Shown in pieces: positions 1 through 15,600 of a stretch of DNA of 64,000 nucleotides; the first letter of the stretch is position 1, and the number at the start of each line of letters is the position of its first letter. The notes under the pieces were generated by a model. The model did no database searches, was not told the origin of the DNA, and worked only from the letters and a program-made list of their open reading frames with translations. The position numbers and the translations under genes are program-made. The stretch is from IMG/VR virus record IMGVR_UViG_3300017732_000001, one strand, 5' to 3'. This DNA comes from an uncultured virus (IMG/VR IMGVR_UViG_3300017732_000001) (Duplodnaviria; Heunggongvirae; Uroviricota; Caudoviricetes).

Positions 1-633
1 CAAACATTCTCCAAGTGTGTTGACTTTGAAAATGAGATTGAGAATCCCAATGACCTCTCTGGAGGAACTAAAGGTAATGGTGGTGGTGACGGAACTTGTT
101 TACCCAAGTATTCCAGTGTAAAAACTGGCACATTCTATGCTACTGGATACACAGAGAACCTTATTGCCATTCAAGGTACAGATTCCAACTCAATTTCATC
201 AACATCGTTCATTGATAATGATACTTCGGCACTTTTACCTGTAAATATCCGTGATGACGGTTATGGCAACCTCATTATGGTTACAAAACAGGATGAAAAA
301 GAAGTTACACTTCAATCTTCAGTGGGAACTGTAGATTACAAGAATGGAATCGTTTGTGTCGGTCCTGTAGATGTACATTCTACTCCTGACGGAACAAATC
401 GTATTCCAGTTACTGTGATTCCAAAATCACCAAATATCAACATTGGTTCTGGTGTTGACCCATCAATCTTTAACCCGATTGTCACAACAGTTGATTACAC
501 AATTGATGGCAGTAACATTGGAGCATTTGATCCATATGACTTTACTGCAATTAACTTTGACGGAACTCCACTAAATATCATTGATTATCCAACAACAGTA
601 TTTGAACTTCCCGAGTTTAACTCCTGTTTCTAA
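1..633 (+). CDS. gp6: Baseplate wedge subunit gp6, C-terminal part (5' truncated by window)
   Basis: Frame 1 is open from base 1 to TAA at 631-633 (QTFSKCVDFENEI...IRDDGYGNLIMV...VGTVDYKNGIV). The DDGxGNL and GTVDYxxG motifs fit the cyanophage gp6 C-terminus, and the ORF lies directly upstream of gp7. Confidence 0.8.
   Translation, partial: QTFSKCVDFENEIENPNDLSGGTKGNGGGDGTCLPKYSSVKTGTFYATGYTENLIAIQGTDSNSISSTSFIDNDTSALLPVNIRDDGYGNLIMVTKQDEKEVTLQSSVGTVDYKNGIVCVGPVDVHSTPDGTNRIPVTVIPKSPNINIGSGVDPSIFNPIVTTVDYTIDGSNIGAFDPYDFTAINFDGTPLNIIDYPTTVFELPEFNSCF
570..577 (+). promoter_or_regulatory. Candidate gp55-dependent late promoter (ACTAAATA) upstream of gp7
   Basis: TAAATA core about 75 nt before the gp7 ATG; it lies inside the gp6 3' end. 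Confidence 0.4.
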
Positions 634-650
634 GACCGTAATACGAAAAA

Positions 651-3600
651 ATGGTTGCACACAACACAGCAATTAAGGTCTCTCAAAGACTGAGTAGTCA
701 GATTCCTGCGTTTATCAAGGAGGATCACGACCAGTTCGTGAACTTGTTGACAGAATACTACAAGTCGCAGGAGAAATCAGGTCGTCCTTACGACATTTTA
801 AACAATATACTTTCATATGTTGACATTGGGTCGGGTGAATTCGATCCAAATTTCTTGTCGTCTGAATCTGCTGTACTAGAAGCGGTTGATGCTACAGAGA
901 ATAAAATTATTGCTGAGAATGTAAACTACTTCTTAGAGAAAGATGGTACTATAAAAATTGACAATGAAGTTCTATATTACGAGTCTGTAACACATTCTCC
1001 TGACATTGTTTTCACTCCAGGGGTCAATAAACAAGAATTTGATAGAAAAGTACAAGAATTTGAACCTATCAATACTCAGTTTGATAGTGCAAAGACAGAA
1101 TTTAATTTAAGACAGTTAGGTAAACCAGTTTCACCTCAGTCTTCAAATCACCTTTTGGTGATCGTAAATAACGATTTTATGTTCCCTGACAGGGATTACT
1201 TCGTTGAAGGAGACAAGATACGCTTTGTAAACCCTCCAGCACCGACTACAGGGGTGTTGACAGGTGCAGTCAATACCATTCGTTATCTGATTGGTTACAC
1301 AAGCGTTCCAGTCCGTTCTCTGGACACCATTACAGTTGCTGTTGATGCTACTGAGTTTGCACTAAAACTCAACACTCAAGCATACAGTCCTCTTTCTACT
1401 GTGGCAGCGATCGTTGTTGTCAACAGAACAGAGAAGAGACCGTTCGAAGAATTCACAATTTTTGAAGATAAGATCATCTTCAAGCAACCTGTTTCACAAA
1501 ATGCTACAATTGACGTAAGATCTGTTGAACTGATTGCTCCTGAATTTGGTTCAGGTGCGTCAGCAGTCTCCCAAATCGTAAATGCATCAGTTAATGACAT
1601 CCTTGTTAGAAATGGTGGTAGTGGTTACAGAGTAAGTTTTGCTCCCAAGATCACTATTCAGTCAAATAAAGGTCCTGGTTCTGGTGCTACTGCCGAAGCA
1701 CTTGTAAATGGTATCAAGAACACTCAACTTCTATTTGCTGGTCAAGGTTATTCATCTAACAATCCTCCTGTGGTAATTGTGGATGCACCTTCTGATGCAG
1801 AAGGCAGTAGAGCAACTATTACAGCAATTGTATCTGATGAAATCGAAGGTGTTACAGAACTGCGTGTTACTTCTTCAGGAAGTGGATATGACCGCATTCC
1901 TTCAATTAAGTTTGTTAATCCTGGTGGTGCTACTTGCACCAATCCTACAGTCGAAAACGGATCAATCGTTGCAGGATCAATCTCAGTCGTAGACAATGGT
2001 TCAGGATACACAACTGCACCTTTGGTGTATATGGATCCTCCTACTGGAGATAATGCTATTAATGCAACTGCTCAGGCAATTCTTGATGCTGACGGTAGAG
2101 TAACAAGCATTAATCTTATTTCTTCAGGTCAAGGATATGAAGGTAACATCAGGGCAAAGATTATTGACCCTGTTGGTGCACAGATCCTTGATGTATCTTG
2201 TACTGGTGGTAGAGTTACTAATATTGAACTATTGACAGGTGGTAAGGGTTATACCGATGCTCCATCTGTGTATATCGTTGATAATAGAAAGGATTCTAAC
2301 AATCAACCTATTGGTGGTACTGGTGCAACAGCAGTTGCTACCATCTTCAACGGTGAAATCACTGACATTAATATCACTGACTTTGGTACTGGATACTCTG
2401 ATACAGAACCTCCTAAGGTCTTTATCGCTGCTCCTCCTGCACCAGAAGCGTCTTGTGACGTTGGTTTTGGAGAGATTACAGGTTTTACTATCCATAGTTC
2501 TGGAGTAGGATACGAACCATCAGCATTCGTCAACGTAAAACGCGGAGTATCTGCCGTTACTTCCTTTGACCAAGCAGGTCATCAGATATACAGCAAAGAA
2601 TCCGATCTACAACAGTCTTCTCACGCTGTTGGAAGCACTATTAGTAATCTAGATAATCTTTTTGCTAAGGAATTATACAGAAGATTCGTAAATCAATATC
2701 TTCCAAACGCGGAAATTGACTACAATAAAGTTAATGCTCCGCAGATTATTAAGACTATTGGTGATTTTTACGCATCGAAAGGTACGAAAATCTCCACACA
2801 GTACCTCTTTAAGATACTTTACTCTGAAAATGTTGATGTTTCTTATCCTAAAGATGAGATTATCAAACCATCTGCTGCAACTTGGAACGTAGATACCGTT
2901 CTCAGAGCAGAACTTTTGGAAGGTTCACTTGAGAATCTACTCGATTCACAGTTGATTCAGTATGTTGATCCTGTTGATACTGGTGTAAAAGGTGCATCTG
3001 CACTGATTGAGAACGTTATTGCCATCGATACTGGTGTTGGTACTGTATATGAACTTGCAATTTCTGAGGAAACACTGCAGGGTTCTTTTACTATCCCATA
3101 CAGAACACTCCTTGTTGAGGAACTTTCTACTACTGAGTCCATTATTACAGTTGACTCTACTATCGGTTGGCCAGAAAGAAACGGTACAATCCGTATCAAT
3201 GACGATGAAGTTGTACAGTATAAAGAGAAAACACTAAACCAGTTCATCGAATGTACTCGTTCTAAGAACGGTGTGGTTGAAGATTGGGATGCTGGTACTA
3301 TTGTTTACTCTGACATCTTCGTTTATGTAAACCGTGGCACTGAAACTGAGTGTAAACTACGTGTTCTTGGTATTGCTGATGCAGAATCCACTGTATTGTC
3401 TGACAATGGTTCATACTATCTTCCTGGTGACAAACTAAACGTTGCATCACTTGGTTCGACTTCTAATGACCAAAGAGTCACTTCTTGGTTGTACAACGTT
3501 AAAAAACTAATCAATATTGCCAATATCGTCCCTGGTGGTCTTAATAATCAGACTGCGACGGTTACTTGCTCTAATAACCACGGTCTACTGGTTGGTGACA

Positions 3601-6600
3601 CTGTTACAATCTACGGTGCAAACCCAACTGTGTTTAACGGTACCTTCTTTGTAACCTCCCGTATTAGTAATACACTGTTTGAATATAATATTCCTGCCCC
3701 TGCCCCTAACTCACCACAGGGTAATATCCTTCTTTCTGTTGACCTCAACAAAGGTAAGTCACCTGAAGAGGGTATTAGCGTTGCTATCAGAGACTTTACT
3801 ACCAACGTACAGAATACATTCTTCAATGATCAGTATGCATACATTGCATCCTCTGGTATTCCAAACTATCAGGTTGGTCCTTTCTTAGGATCTGCGCTAC
3901 TTCCTGGAAACCAGCGTAAATTGATCCGTATTCCTAGAGTTATCAATACAATCTCTAGACGTACAGACACATCCTTTGGTCCTATTGGTGCTTGGGTAAA
4001 CGGTGTATCTACTTGGTCTTATAAGTCACAGACTAAGATTAAGTTTGGTGGATTGACTGGTATAACTATTGATAACCCTGGTACTGGGTATGATGCTGCT
4101 AATCCTCCTGTTATTGAAATCAATGGTGGTGGCGGTAGTGGTGCCAGCGCAAGTGTTGTTGTTAACGGTGCATTAAGTGAGATCTCAGTTTCTAGCGGGG
4201 GTACTGGTTACACTTCTAGTCCTCTTGTTTCTATCGTGGGTGGTGGTGGATTCGGTGCTACTGCTACCGCTGTTATTACCAATGGTATAGTATCTAAGAT
4301 CCTTGTTGAGACCCCAGGTCAAGGATATACATCACAACCTGATGTTTCCATCTCTGGTGGGGGTGGTACTGGATGTACTGCTACCGCGCAGGTACGTGGT
4401 CCTATTCAATCTGTAAGTATTGATAACACAGGTTCCACTTACACTGCCTCTCCTACTATTAAGTTGAACTCTGGTGAAGGTGCTGTTGCTCAATCAATCA
4501 TCATTAACGGTAGAATCGTTTCTATCGCTATCATTGCTGCAGGTAGAGGATACACAACTGCTCCTGAGATTGTAATCAATGGAGACGGTTACGGTGCCAT
4601 TGCAAGAGCAACTATCGGTACTGTTGGTGAGGATAGAGGTAAAGTTATTGGTGTTACTGTTATAAACAGAGGTATTGGTTATACTACTGGTAATACTACT
4701 ATTCGCTTGGGAGCGGTTGGTGAACTAGCAGCATTTACTGCAACTGTATTTGAGTGGACTAGAAACCTTCAGGATGAACTTGGAGCAAACTTTGATACAG
4801 CACGTGGTTATGTGTTTGCAGGATATAATACACAATATGGTGGTGAATATGCACACCTTTCAGATCCTAAGCAACTAAGATATGTTCTTGGTGATAACGT
4901 ATTCAAGAATCAGTCAACACAGCAATTACAAGAACTTTCGACTGGATACCAACACTCTCCTATTTTGGGTTGGGCTTTCGATGGTAACCCTATCTACGGA
5001 CCTTACGGTTACATTGATGCTACTGACCAGTCCTCTGGTGTTAGAAGAATTCGTTCATCTTATAGAATTAAACCTGTACTTCTGTACGATGTTGATACTA
5101 ACCCTACCCCAATTCGCGCAGATGGTCCTCTTCTTAGCAATTATATTGCAGGATCATTCATTGATGATTATGAATATGTTTTCCAAGAGGGTGATTTAGA
5201 CCAGTATAACGGTCGTTTCTGTAAGACTCCTCAGTTCCCTGAGGGTGTTTACGCTTATTTCGTAGCAATCGACGCAACTGATGCTGGTAATCCTATATTC
5301 CCATACATTTGTGGACCTCAGTTGTATTCATCACCTGATGAGTGGAACTTCTCTCAAGATGCTGTACAGACCAATATCCCTGCTGATGTGGTTAGATTCC
5401 GTGATCCTTATGAGGATGTGGATATTGATATTGATCGTACACCTAACCAAGCAACTGATACTCTTGTTACTGAACTTGGTGAGGATCTTATCTTCGAAAT
5501 TGAAGATACTAATAGAGATGGTCTTATCAATAACCTTGAAGACACCACACCTATTCAGATCACTGAAGAACCCGTACTACAATTATTTGATTACTACCCT
5601 AAAGTTTCTACAAGATCAGTTGTTGATATTGATATTGAGACTACGACCAAGTTCGAAGACGCTAAAGTTGACGGATTCGTGGTTGAGAACCCAGGTATAT
5701 CATATAAAGTCAATGATAAACTATACTTTGATAACGAGGGAACTGATGGTTTCGGAGCCTCCGCAAAAGTTGAAGCGGTTAAAGGTTTAGATATTGCAGG
5801 TTTCAACTCTTATATCTCAAATGATCGCCCATATGGACGTATCACTACTGCAACTGAGCACGAACTGCGTGTAGATGATCAGATCATTATTAACTCCACA
5901 CCTATTCTTGATGACACCAATAAGACTTTCAGAGTAAAAGTGATCGATGGTGTTGAAAGAGTTACTGTTGATCAGGAAGGTCTTGGATATTCTGAGGACA
6001 TTCCTCCAACATATGAGATCATTACTGACTCTGGTCAAGATTTCAATATTGACATCAATAGAGATGAAGGTGGTGCTGTAAGAACTGTAAGTATTATTAA
6101 CTCTGGTTCAGGATACTCTGAAACTAATCCTCCACAGATTCGTGTTTCTCATCCTCAGAGATTCAAGAAAGCAACTTACTTCTTAGCATTCCTTGAAGAA
6201 GCAGGTTCTACTCTTACTATCAATGACATCAAAGTTGCTGATGATCGTACTTTCTATGTCTGTGGTAAGACAACAGTTGTAGGTGGCGATACAGCAGGTG
6301 TTCTTGCTAAGTTTAATAGCGATGGTAGATTGCTTTGGAAGCGTACTCTAATTCCTACCGTTCCTGCAACTGATGATAAGTCATTGCAGTGGAAGTCACT
6401 TCATATTGAGAACTCTAATCCTCATAACATCTATGTTGTCGGTGAGACTGTTCCAAATATTAGTAACCTAACTCACAACCCTGACATTGTTGTTGCTAAG
6501 TATCAGTCAGGTTTTGACAATGCCAACAATCCTGATGGTCTTATTCAGTGGCAGCGTGACATTGCTGGTATCTCTGGATCTACCAGAAGAGACTATGCTT

Positions 6601-9600
6601 CTAATATCAGACTCGACCAAGATGGTCGTGTGATGATTGCTGGTCATACTGACTCAAACTCCACTGCACCTGACGATATGTGGGTTGCATTGATGGATAT
6701 TGATGGATCTGTTATGGAGAAGCGTAAGATCGCTTCTGCCGCTGCAAGTGAGCATCTTCATCAGATTGAGTGGAGAACCAATGATACATTCCTCTTCTGT
6801 GGTATCTCTGATCCTGCAGGTGCCGCCAATATCATTATTGGTGAGACATACTACGATACTGCTACTATTGAAGTACAGTGGTCTAAGCAAATCGAATCTG
6901 GTGCTTATCAGTTTGCTGATCCTACATTTGCTATTGATGAATATGGTTCAGTTTATGTAACTGCAACTGCTATTGATACAAATGCTAAGAACTACGGTGT
7001 TCTTTACGCTAAATTTGATAATGCAGACTATACACAAGTAGCAACTGCTAAAATTTACGTTCCTACTGGAACTTACACTTCTATCAAGAATGCAGGGGTC
7101 ACTTTTGATGTATTTGGTAATATTGACCTCAGTGCAGTTGTTGAAAGAGATTTCAACGCTGTTCAATCAATTAGTGTCAAGATTTCTTGGAATACTAGTT
7201 CTGTTCTCTCTGCTGCTGAAGTATCGGAGACAAATGGTATTGGTTATCACGCCACTTGTGTTGCAAATGACAACTCTGGCGATACTTTGATTGCTGGTAA
7301 TAAAGTTGAGGCAGATCAACTTGCTATCTTCAACTGGAACACTGCAGACAACATCTTTGATGAAACATACAATGACACTCTAAGAACTGGTACAAACAAG
7401 CAGTGGGCTGCCACAGGCAACGCTGTTATTGATAATACTAAGTTCTACAATGGTGCATCTTCACTGAAACTTGATGCTTCTAACTCAATGCTCCTTCAGT
7501 ATGGTACAACTGCTGATATTAGTGTTGAGTGGACAATGGAAGGTTGGTTTGCTCTTGGCAATACTCAATATGCTGCACAGGCATCTAACCCAGAATTCTT
7601 CGGTATTGTCTCTCAGTTAAGTCAAGAAGTCAAGGTTGGTGTCGATGGTACTTCAGGTAGTGCTAATTTCGGTAAGATCTTCCTTGATCTTAATGGATCT
7701 ACCTCATATTCTACTGGTACAACATTCTGGACTACATTTAACTCTGAAGCGTGGGTTCACGTTGCTATTTCTAAGCAACGCCCTGGAGTTGGTTCTTACA
7801 TCTATCGTATCTACATTAATGGTGTAGAAGCACATTCAGTTAACAGTGCTACTGTTGACGTTAATATGATGCAGGCAACACTTGGTCCTATCTCAACTCC
7901 AAGTTCTACTAACAACTGGATCGGTTGGATTGACAACTTTGTTGTTACACCTTCTGCTAAGTACATAGATGCATTCACTGCTGGTCTTGTTACTGGAACA
8001 AACTCAGTTGATAAAGCATTCATTTATAAGATTGACAAAGATAAGACAAAACTTGGTTCATTCACCCTGAATGATGTAGAGACAGGACATACCATAAACG
8101 TCGCCGCCAGCAGCAGTTATACGTTTAATACCCAGTCGGTTGCTGTTAACCCCTGGTTAATAGGTCCTGCTGGTATTCAGATCCTTGATTACTCAGATGT
8201 TGTATCAACCCACGTCCCTGGAGTTTATACAGTTACATCTACTGACCAGTCATACGCAACTAGAACTGCAACTATTCCTACACAGGGTGGTAAGAAATTG
8301 CTTCTTACTACTAAGGTTATTCCTAAGTTCTATATTAGAGATGCAAAATACTCTACTATTGACCTTGTTAAGACACTCACATTCAATCAGAATGCTACCT
8401 TTACTAAAGGGTCAATACTTCAACAGTATTCTGTGATTGGTGGTAATGATGTTGTATCTGCATACGGTACTGTCGTTGAGGTTGGAACAAGTTCTTGTAA
8501 GATCGGTAAGATTATTGGTACGTTTGATACCTCTAAACTTCTAAAATCAACTGTTGGTGATGTGAACGAGATGGACAAAGAGTTCACCGTTCTTACCACA
8601 ACTCCTGTTTGGGAGGAAAATCAGAACTATACAGTTGGTGATGTTGTTTATAGTAACGGTAAAATCTATACATCTGGTACAACTGCTACTGCAGGTGCTG
8701 TTGCTCCTGTACACACATCAGGTACTGTCTCTGATGGTAATATCAACTGGGCATTCACATCGACTGCAGGTTCATTCCAAGTAGATTTGGCGAACAGTGT
8801 TCACGGATCTGGTACTCTTGCAGCATTTGCATCTTGGAAACCTTTCAATTCTGCTGACTATACTATTAGAATTCAACAGATCTATGCTGACTCCACCTTT
8901 ATTAAAGGAGACACCATTGATGCTGATGCTGTTAACTTGACATTTGCTGTAGATGCAACTGGTAAGATTGCAACATTTGGTGGTCTTGTTGGTGTTAAAC
9001 AATTCAATCTTCAGGCAAAACTCAATAAAGACGTTGTTCCTTCACAAGCACTAACAAATACTGACCTTGTTTACTGCTCTGCTACTAGCAGACACAACTA
9101 TGAAGTAAATGATATTATCTTTACTGAGAGATTCGCTACTAATGAATATAACGGTTCATTCTTTGTTGAGGAAATATTTACTAGTAGAGACTTCACATTC
9201 CGTATAAGAAGCACTGCTGTTCAGGATCCTACCTTCTCAGGTACAGGTTCTTCTGTTTCTAACATTAATATCTACGCTAAGCATCCTAAGTTCCTATTTG
9301 TTAGAGGACATCAGTATCTCTTTGACCTTGACGATCCTTCTAACCTTGGATACTTCCTGTCATTCTCTAGAGATAACCAGTATAAACTGGAATATCCATT
9401 CATTAACATCATTAGAGAGGGTACACCTGGATTTACTGATGATGATTCACCGACTCCGTTGGTTAAATTTATCATCAATGAAGATATTACTAACATCTCA
9501 TACTACTTTGACCCATCTAGAACCTCAGCAGACAACTCTCCTGTTGGTGAGGGATCATTTATTGACGTTATTCAGTCTCCTTATGCAGGAACATTCACTA

Positions 9601-12600
9601 TTTCTAACGTTTCTAGTGATGGATTGGAGTTTGACTTCCCACTTCTTGTTGAACCAGAGAAATCTAACGCTCCTGTAGGCAATAATGAGTTTGGACTTCC
9701 ACGTTCTATCTACTCTACAACATCAATTAAGGCAATTGGACCTATTTCAACCATTAAATTGGTGAATCCAGGTGGATTCTATCAGAAATTACCTATCGTT
9801 ACTGATATTGCGTCTAACAGAGAGATTGAAAAGGTTCGTATCACCAATGGTGGTACTGAATATGTTAATGGTGTGTACTATAACGTACCTATTTCAGGAG
9901 ATGGAGAAGGTGCAAGTTGTAATATCACTGTTACTGATGATGGAGACTTCACTGGTGTTATCACTAGCGTTGTTTTAACCTCTGCTGGTAAAGGATATAC
10001 AACAGCATCTATAGATATTGACTCTATTTCTGGAATTCTTGGACCTCTACTTGCTGGTTCAGGTGGTATTCTTGATGTTGTGATTCCTTCTGAAGGTTCA
10101 GGTGCTTCTGTATTCCTACAAGGTAAGAGTATCGGACGTATCAAGAAACTTAAGAACAACGAATTTGGTTTCGGTTATTCTCACGACTATACTTTGAGAC
10201 CTGAAATCACTTTCCCAGTGAACCTTCAGTTGTTTAATACCGCTATTCTTGCAGAAATCAAGATCACAAACCCTGGTTCTGGTTACACCTCTACACCTGC
10301 TGTTGTTATTTCTGGTGGTGGTGGATCAGGTGCTGCTGCTGAAGCGATCGTTAAGAATAATCGTCTTAGTGAAGTTATCATCAAAGATCCTGGTGCAGGA
10401 TACAGTTCTGAACCTTCAGTCACACTTAAGTCAGAATTTAACTACGTTGTTAACATTGACCTCGGTTACCTACAGTTTAACTTCCCACACGGTATTACGA
10501 CTGGTGCTGAAATCCAGTTGAGAGCAGAAGATCTTGGATCTACAGTTGGTATTCTACCAAAACCAAGTTCTGCTGGTTTGGTCAGTCTATCTTCTACTCA
10601 GACTTACTATGCTATTGCTGGAGAGGCAAATGGTCTTGAATCTGACCAACTTAGAATCTCACTTACTAAACTTGACGCTGAATCTGGTTCTTACATCACA
10701 TTCTTGACACAAGGTGAAGGTAGACAGATTCTCTTAACCGAAGTGTTTGGTGGTCAAGCAACTGCTATCGTTGAAACATCTCGTTTCTTAGAAGGTGAAC
10801 TTGTTTATCAAGGTTCTTCACTTGAACTTGCATCTGCTACAGGTTATGTTTCTACTAACCAAGGTTGGCAGATTGGACCTAGAATCCTTAAACTTGAGAA
10901 CTATGACGGTGTTTGGACCCCAGGTGAGCGTGTAACTGGTGAAGTTTCTCGTGCTTCTGGTTTGATTGATAACCTTTCAATCGCTCGTGGTACTCTTAAT
11001 ATTGACTCACTAACTAATACTCCAGGTCAGTTTATCGATGACGTTGGTAAACCATCTGAAATCGTTCAGAAAATTCAAGATAGTTACTTCTATCAGAACT
11101 TCTCCTACGTTATTAAGTCTGAAACACCTATCAACCAGTGGAGAAAACCTGTACTAGAAACAAACCACCCTGTTGGATTCAACCTATTTGGTGAACTATC
11201 AATCACTGGTGGTAAGGATATTTCTGGAAGAAAGGTTGTATCTGATCTTGTTAAAGAAGTTAATATCAACGCATTCACTAATATTAACCAGATTACATCA
11301 TTTGCTAACGCACAACCAATATACACACAATTTAATAACACTGAAGTCCTATTCAGACAGAAGAGACTTACTAACTCTGAGGAAATTCTAACTTCTATCG
11401 TTAAGAAGATTGATAACATTTCCGAAGACTTTGATGGTATCAGAACTCAATTCCCACTGAATGTTGAGGGTGGTTCTATTACTGCGACTGAAGATCAGAT
11501 GTTTGTTCTTCTTAATGGTGTCGCACAGGCACCTGGAGATTCATTCTCTACAGCAGGTCCTTCTATTGTATTCTCTGAACCTCCAAAGGCACCTTCTAGA
11601 ATTAAGTTCAGAAATATTACATTCACTCAACTTTTAATTACTCGTGTTCAGTTCTCTGAACTCGGTGGTATCTTCCCCTTAGTTGGTAACAGGGTCAGAG
11701 GTATTATCTCTGAAGCAACTGGTATTGTTGTGGATTCTGGTACTGACTACATTGACCTTCTTAATATTGAGAACGGACCAAGCGGAGGATTCCAAGAGGG
11801 CGAATTTATTCTTAACAGTGCTACTGGATTTAACTCTAGAATCGGTGATTCTGGAGAAGGAACTGGTGGTATCTTCCCAGTTTCATCTAAGACAATCTTT
11901 GAACAGGGTGAGAGAGTTACTAACTTATCTGGTAAGTTTGCAATCATTGAGGAGAACAACCTTGATGAAGGTAACATCAATACCTCTCTGGTTGTTTCTA
12001 GAACATCTGGTACTTCTAAGTTTGAAACTGGTGAATTTGAGATCAAGTTCAATGACATAATTTACTCTGCAAGATCTAACATTGCAGCAACTGTTTCTGC
12101 TATCTCACCTTATCAGGATGAAATATCTAATCAGATTATCGATACTGTTGACCTTTCACCTTCATCTAGTTTCTTTGCTCTTGTCTTCCAGAGAGTTCCT
12201 TCAATCACATTCCCGAACGTCATTCTTGATGACATCGGTGAAACTGTTATTAACCCAACTGAACTATACGATCCTGAGACAACTAACAACCAAGACTTCC
12301 TAGATTTCGAAGCAGTTAGAAACCAAGAGATTCGTTACGACAGTCTAACTGGTAATGACTTTGCACCTGGAACAAATATCAGACTTAAGAAGATCTACTT
12401 CGGTAACTCTTCTATCAGAACAGTACACGATACTCGTGCTAATAACGCTGCTGAAGCGATTGTGAAGAATAATCGCTTCATCGCTGAAGAAGCGGTGGGC
12501 AGAATGTTGGCTTTCTACCCCTCCTTTACCATTCCTACAGGCAGTGCTAATTGTGAGGATGACATCGTTGATATGCTCAACCTAATTGCTTGGCAACTTG

Positions 12601-15600
12601 AGCACGATGGTAACTCTGAAGTCTGGGATGCTGCAAACTTCTATGTTCAGAATAATACTGTCTATCACGTTGGTGGACAGGAAGCACAGACTGTATATGC
12701 AATGAATGCTGCGAGAGACCTCGCTAACCAGTGTATTAATATGGTTAACATCACCACAGAGCACACAACGTTGTCTCAGTGGAAAGATCTTACCATCACT
12801 CCAGAATATGAAGTTGTAAGCAACAGTCACGGTGACGCTAGAACCTTGTTACTTGCTAACAAATGGTACATTGCTTACGAAGCACTTCATTATGCTAAGA
12901 CTCAGAACCCAGGATATAACGTATCTGGTGGAGATGAGCATTGTCTATCAGACATCGTTGATGTTATTGAAGCACTTGCTTATAACGTTGCACACGGTGG
13001 TAACGATTTCATCTGGGAAGCAACAGACAGAATCCTTCATTATGGTGTGACATCTGGTGATAGAGACACTATTGTCAACTCCTTTACTAAGGCAAAGGCA
13101 ATGTCTCTCGATATTATGAGAAATATTGCTGTCACTAAGGTAGGATCACACGGTTGGAACCAAGTAACTATTTCTATCACTGCTGACACTGCGTCTCCGA
13201 CCTGTCAGGCGGTTGCTGCTGCCATCACTACACTGATGGACATTCTGATTACAAACCTTGGTACAACTGCATCTCCAGGCACTAGAGCGGCATTCCAAGC
13301 AGCAGTTACATCAACTGCACCTCAGGCAGACTACTCACAAGGTAGAACTACAATTCCTAATGTAAATGCTTGTGTTGCTCAAACATCTGCTGTTGCAAAC
13401 TTCTTCAAAATTGTTACTGACACCTTACAAGATCCTACTGGTGCTAATCCTGCAACTTATCAGTGGTCTATTAGTAATGTTCCTAGAATTGCACCAGCGT
13501 ACACCTTCACTGAAGGTGAGACAATCCGTTCTATCAAGCATTCTTATAAGGACAAATCATCTGGTGGATTCTTCAACTTCGGTCAAACACTGAAAGGTAT
13601 ATCTTCAGGTGCTGTTGCAGAGATCATCGGAACCAACGCTGGTTCTAAATGGGCATATACAAAAGGTGTTACTGGTGCATTCACCACTGCTGAGTACATC
13701 ACAAACTCCACAATCACTTATAACAACGTTACTGTTGATAAGTTGAACCCTGGAACTGGTACAGGATCACTAGATTTCTCTGGTACATCTTCTAGAATCA
13801 ACCACGCTTCTAATGCCGCCTTTGCTTTTGGTACTGGTGATTATACGATCGAGATGTGGATCTATCCTACAACTGTATCTGGAACACAAAGACTTATTGA
13901 TTTCAGAACTGCATCCAGCAGCAGTGCTGGTTCAATCTTCTTACAGGGTACATCACTGAAGTTTGGTATTGCCACAACTGACCATATCACTGCTGCAGGT
14001 GCTATTCCTAATGCAAATCAGTGGTATCACATTGCTATTTCCAGAGCATCTAATGTGACCAAACTGTTCGTTGCGGGACAACAGGTTGGATCAGATTACA
14101 CTGACGCTTCAGACTATGGTAATAGTCCTATCAGTGTTGGTGCATCTTGGAACAATGGTGAGACTTTCACAGGTAATATGGATAACCTTATTATCAGAAA
14201 AGGAACCGCCAGCTATTCTAGTGGGTTTATACCCCCCACCGTTTATGATTTCCGTGCTCTTGACATCTCGTTTGGTTTCAACGGAGAAGCACCATTCCCA
14301 ATAGAACTCTCTGCTGTCTACGCGACATATGAACAGACTATCATCTCTTCTGCTAATGCCGATGGAGTAGAACTCTGGCGTGAAGAGATTATGACAGAGG
14401 AAGTTGATGTTTCTCGTGATGCTTATAGAGACTGTGGTGACATCATCTATAAGAACCGTTATTGGATCGCTGAAGAAGCAGTTGGTAGAATGAAGGCGAA
14501 ATATCCTGCATTTAATATTCCAGGTGACACAGGTACTTCAACTCAAGGTACTGATAAGTGTATTCGCGATACTCATTCCTTTATAATCCCTGCTATTATC
14601 GATGACCTTAAGTTGGGTGGTAACTATCACACAATCGTTGCAGGTAGAGGATACTTGGAAGGATCTGGTGCTCTGAAGCATATCAACGGTGAACTTCTAC
14701 AGTCAATCTACACTTGGCGTGAAGTTGGTAAGATCTGTAATGACATCATCACTAAAGATGCAACTGATCTGACTGGCGAGTACACAAACAGAATTAGAGT
14801 TCCTAATTATTTCGCATCTCCTGCAGCATCTACAATTACAGGTTTCATCTCTGACTTGATTGACAATATGTTGGAAGTTATGTCTCCAACAGGACATAGA
14901 TTTAGAGATGGTGCTGATCTTCTTTACTTCAACCGTGGTGTGATTGCTGATGAAGCAGTCTCTATGATGGAGCAAGAATGGAACGTTATGGTCAACTTTA
15001 TCCAGATTGATAAGATTGACATTCCTAGCAGAGAGAAGTGTGTTAGAGACATTAGAGATCACATCGTACCCGCTGTTGCAGGTGACTTGATCACTGGTGG
15101 TAACTCTAATATTCAGGGTATGATTGATTCTTATCTTGATTCACAGAGTAATATTAACTATATTGAGCACGAATTGCTTGCAATGCTTGATGCTCTTGAG
15201 CACGTCAAGTTCCTTGCAAATAAAGCACTTCAGAACCTCTTGGTAGGTAGAAACGAGAACATTGCTAATATTGTAGGTACAACTCCTAATACTATCGATG
15301 ATTTCTATCAACTTCAGTATAGTGACCTGACTGCATACAGAAAAGAATATGATGCTACTGTCAACTACGATCTAACTGGATCAGTAATTACCGAAAGCAC
15401 ATTCTATCCTCCCGATCCTAAGATCTTCCAAGGATCACATAGAGCACTTGATTCTGCAAACATCATTGAAAGAAATGCTCGTACTATTGCTGCTGAAGCA
15501 GTTGACATTGTAACTAAGACATCAGCATTCAAGCATTACAACTTCAGAGTTCCTGGTGGTAAGGTTCATTGTGAGGATGACATCGTTGATTTCATCAACT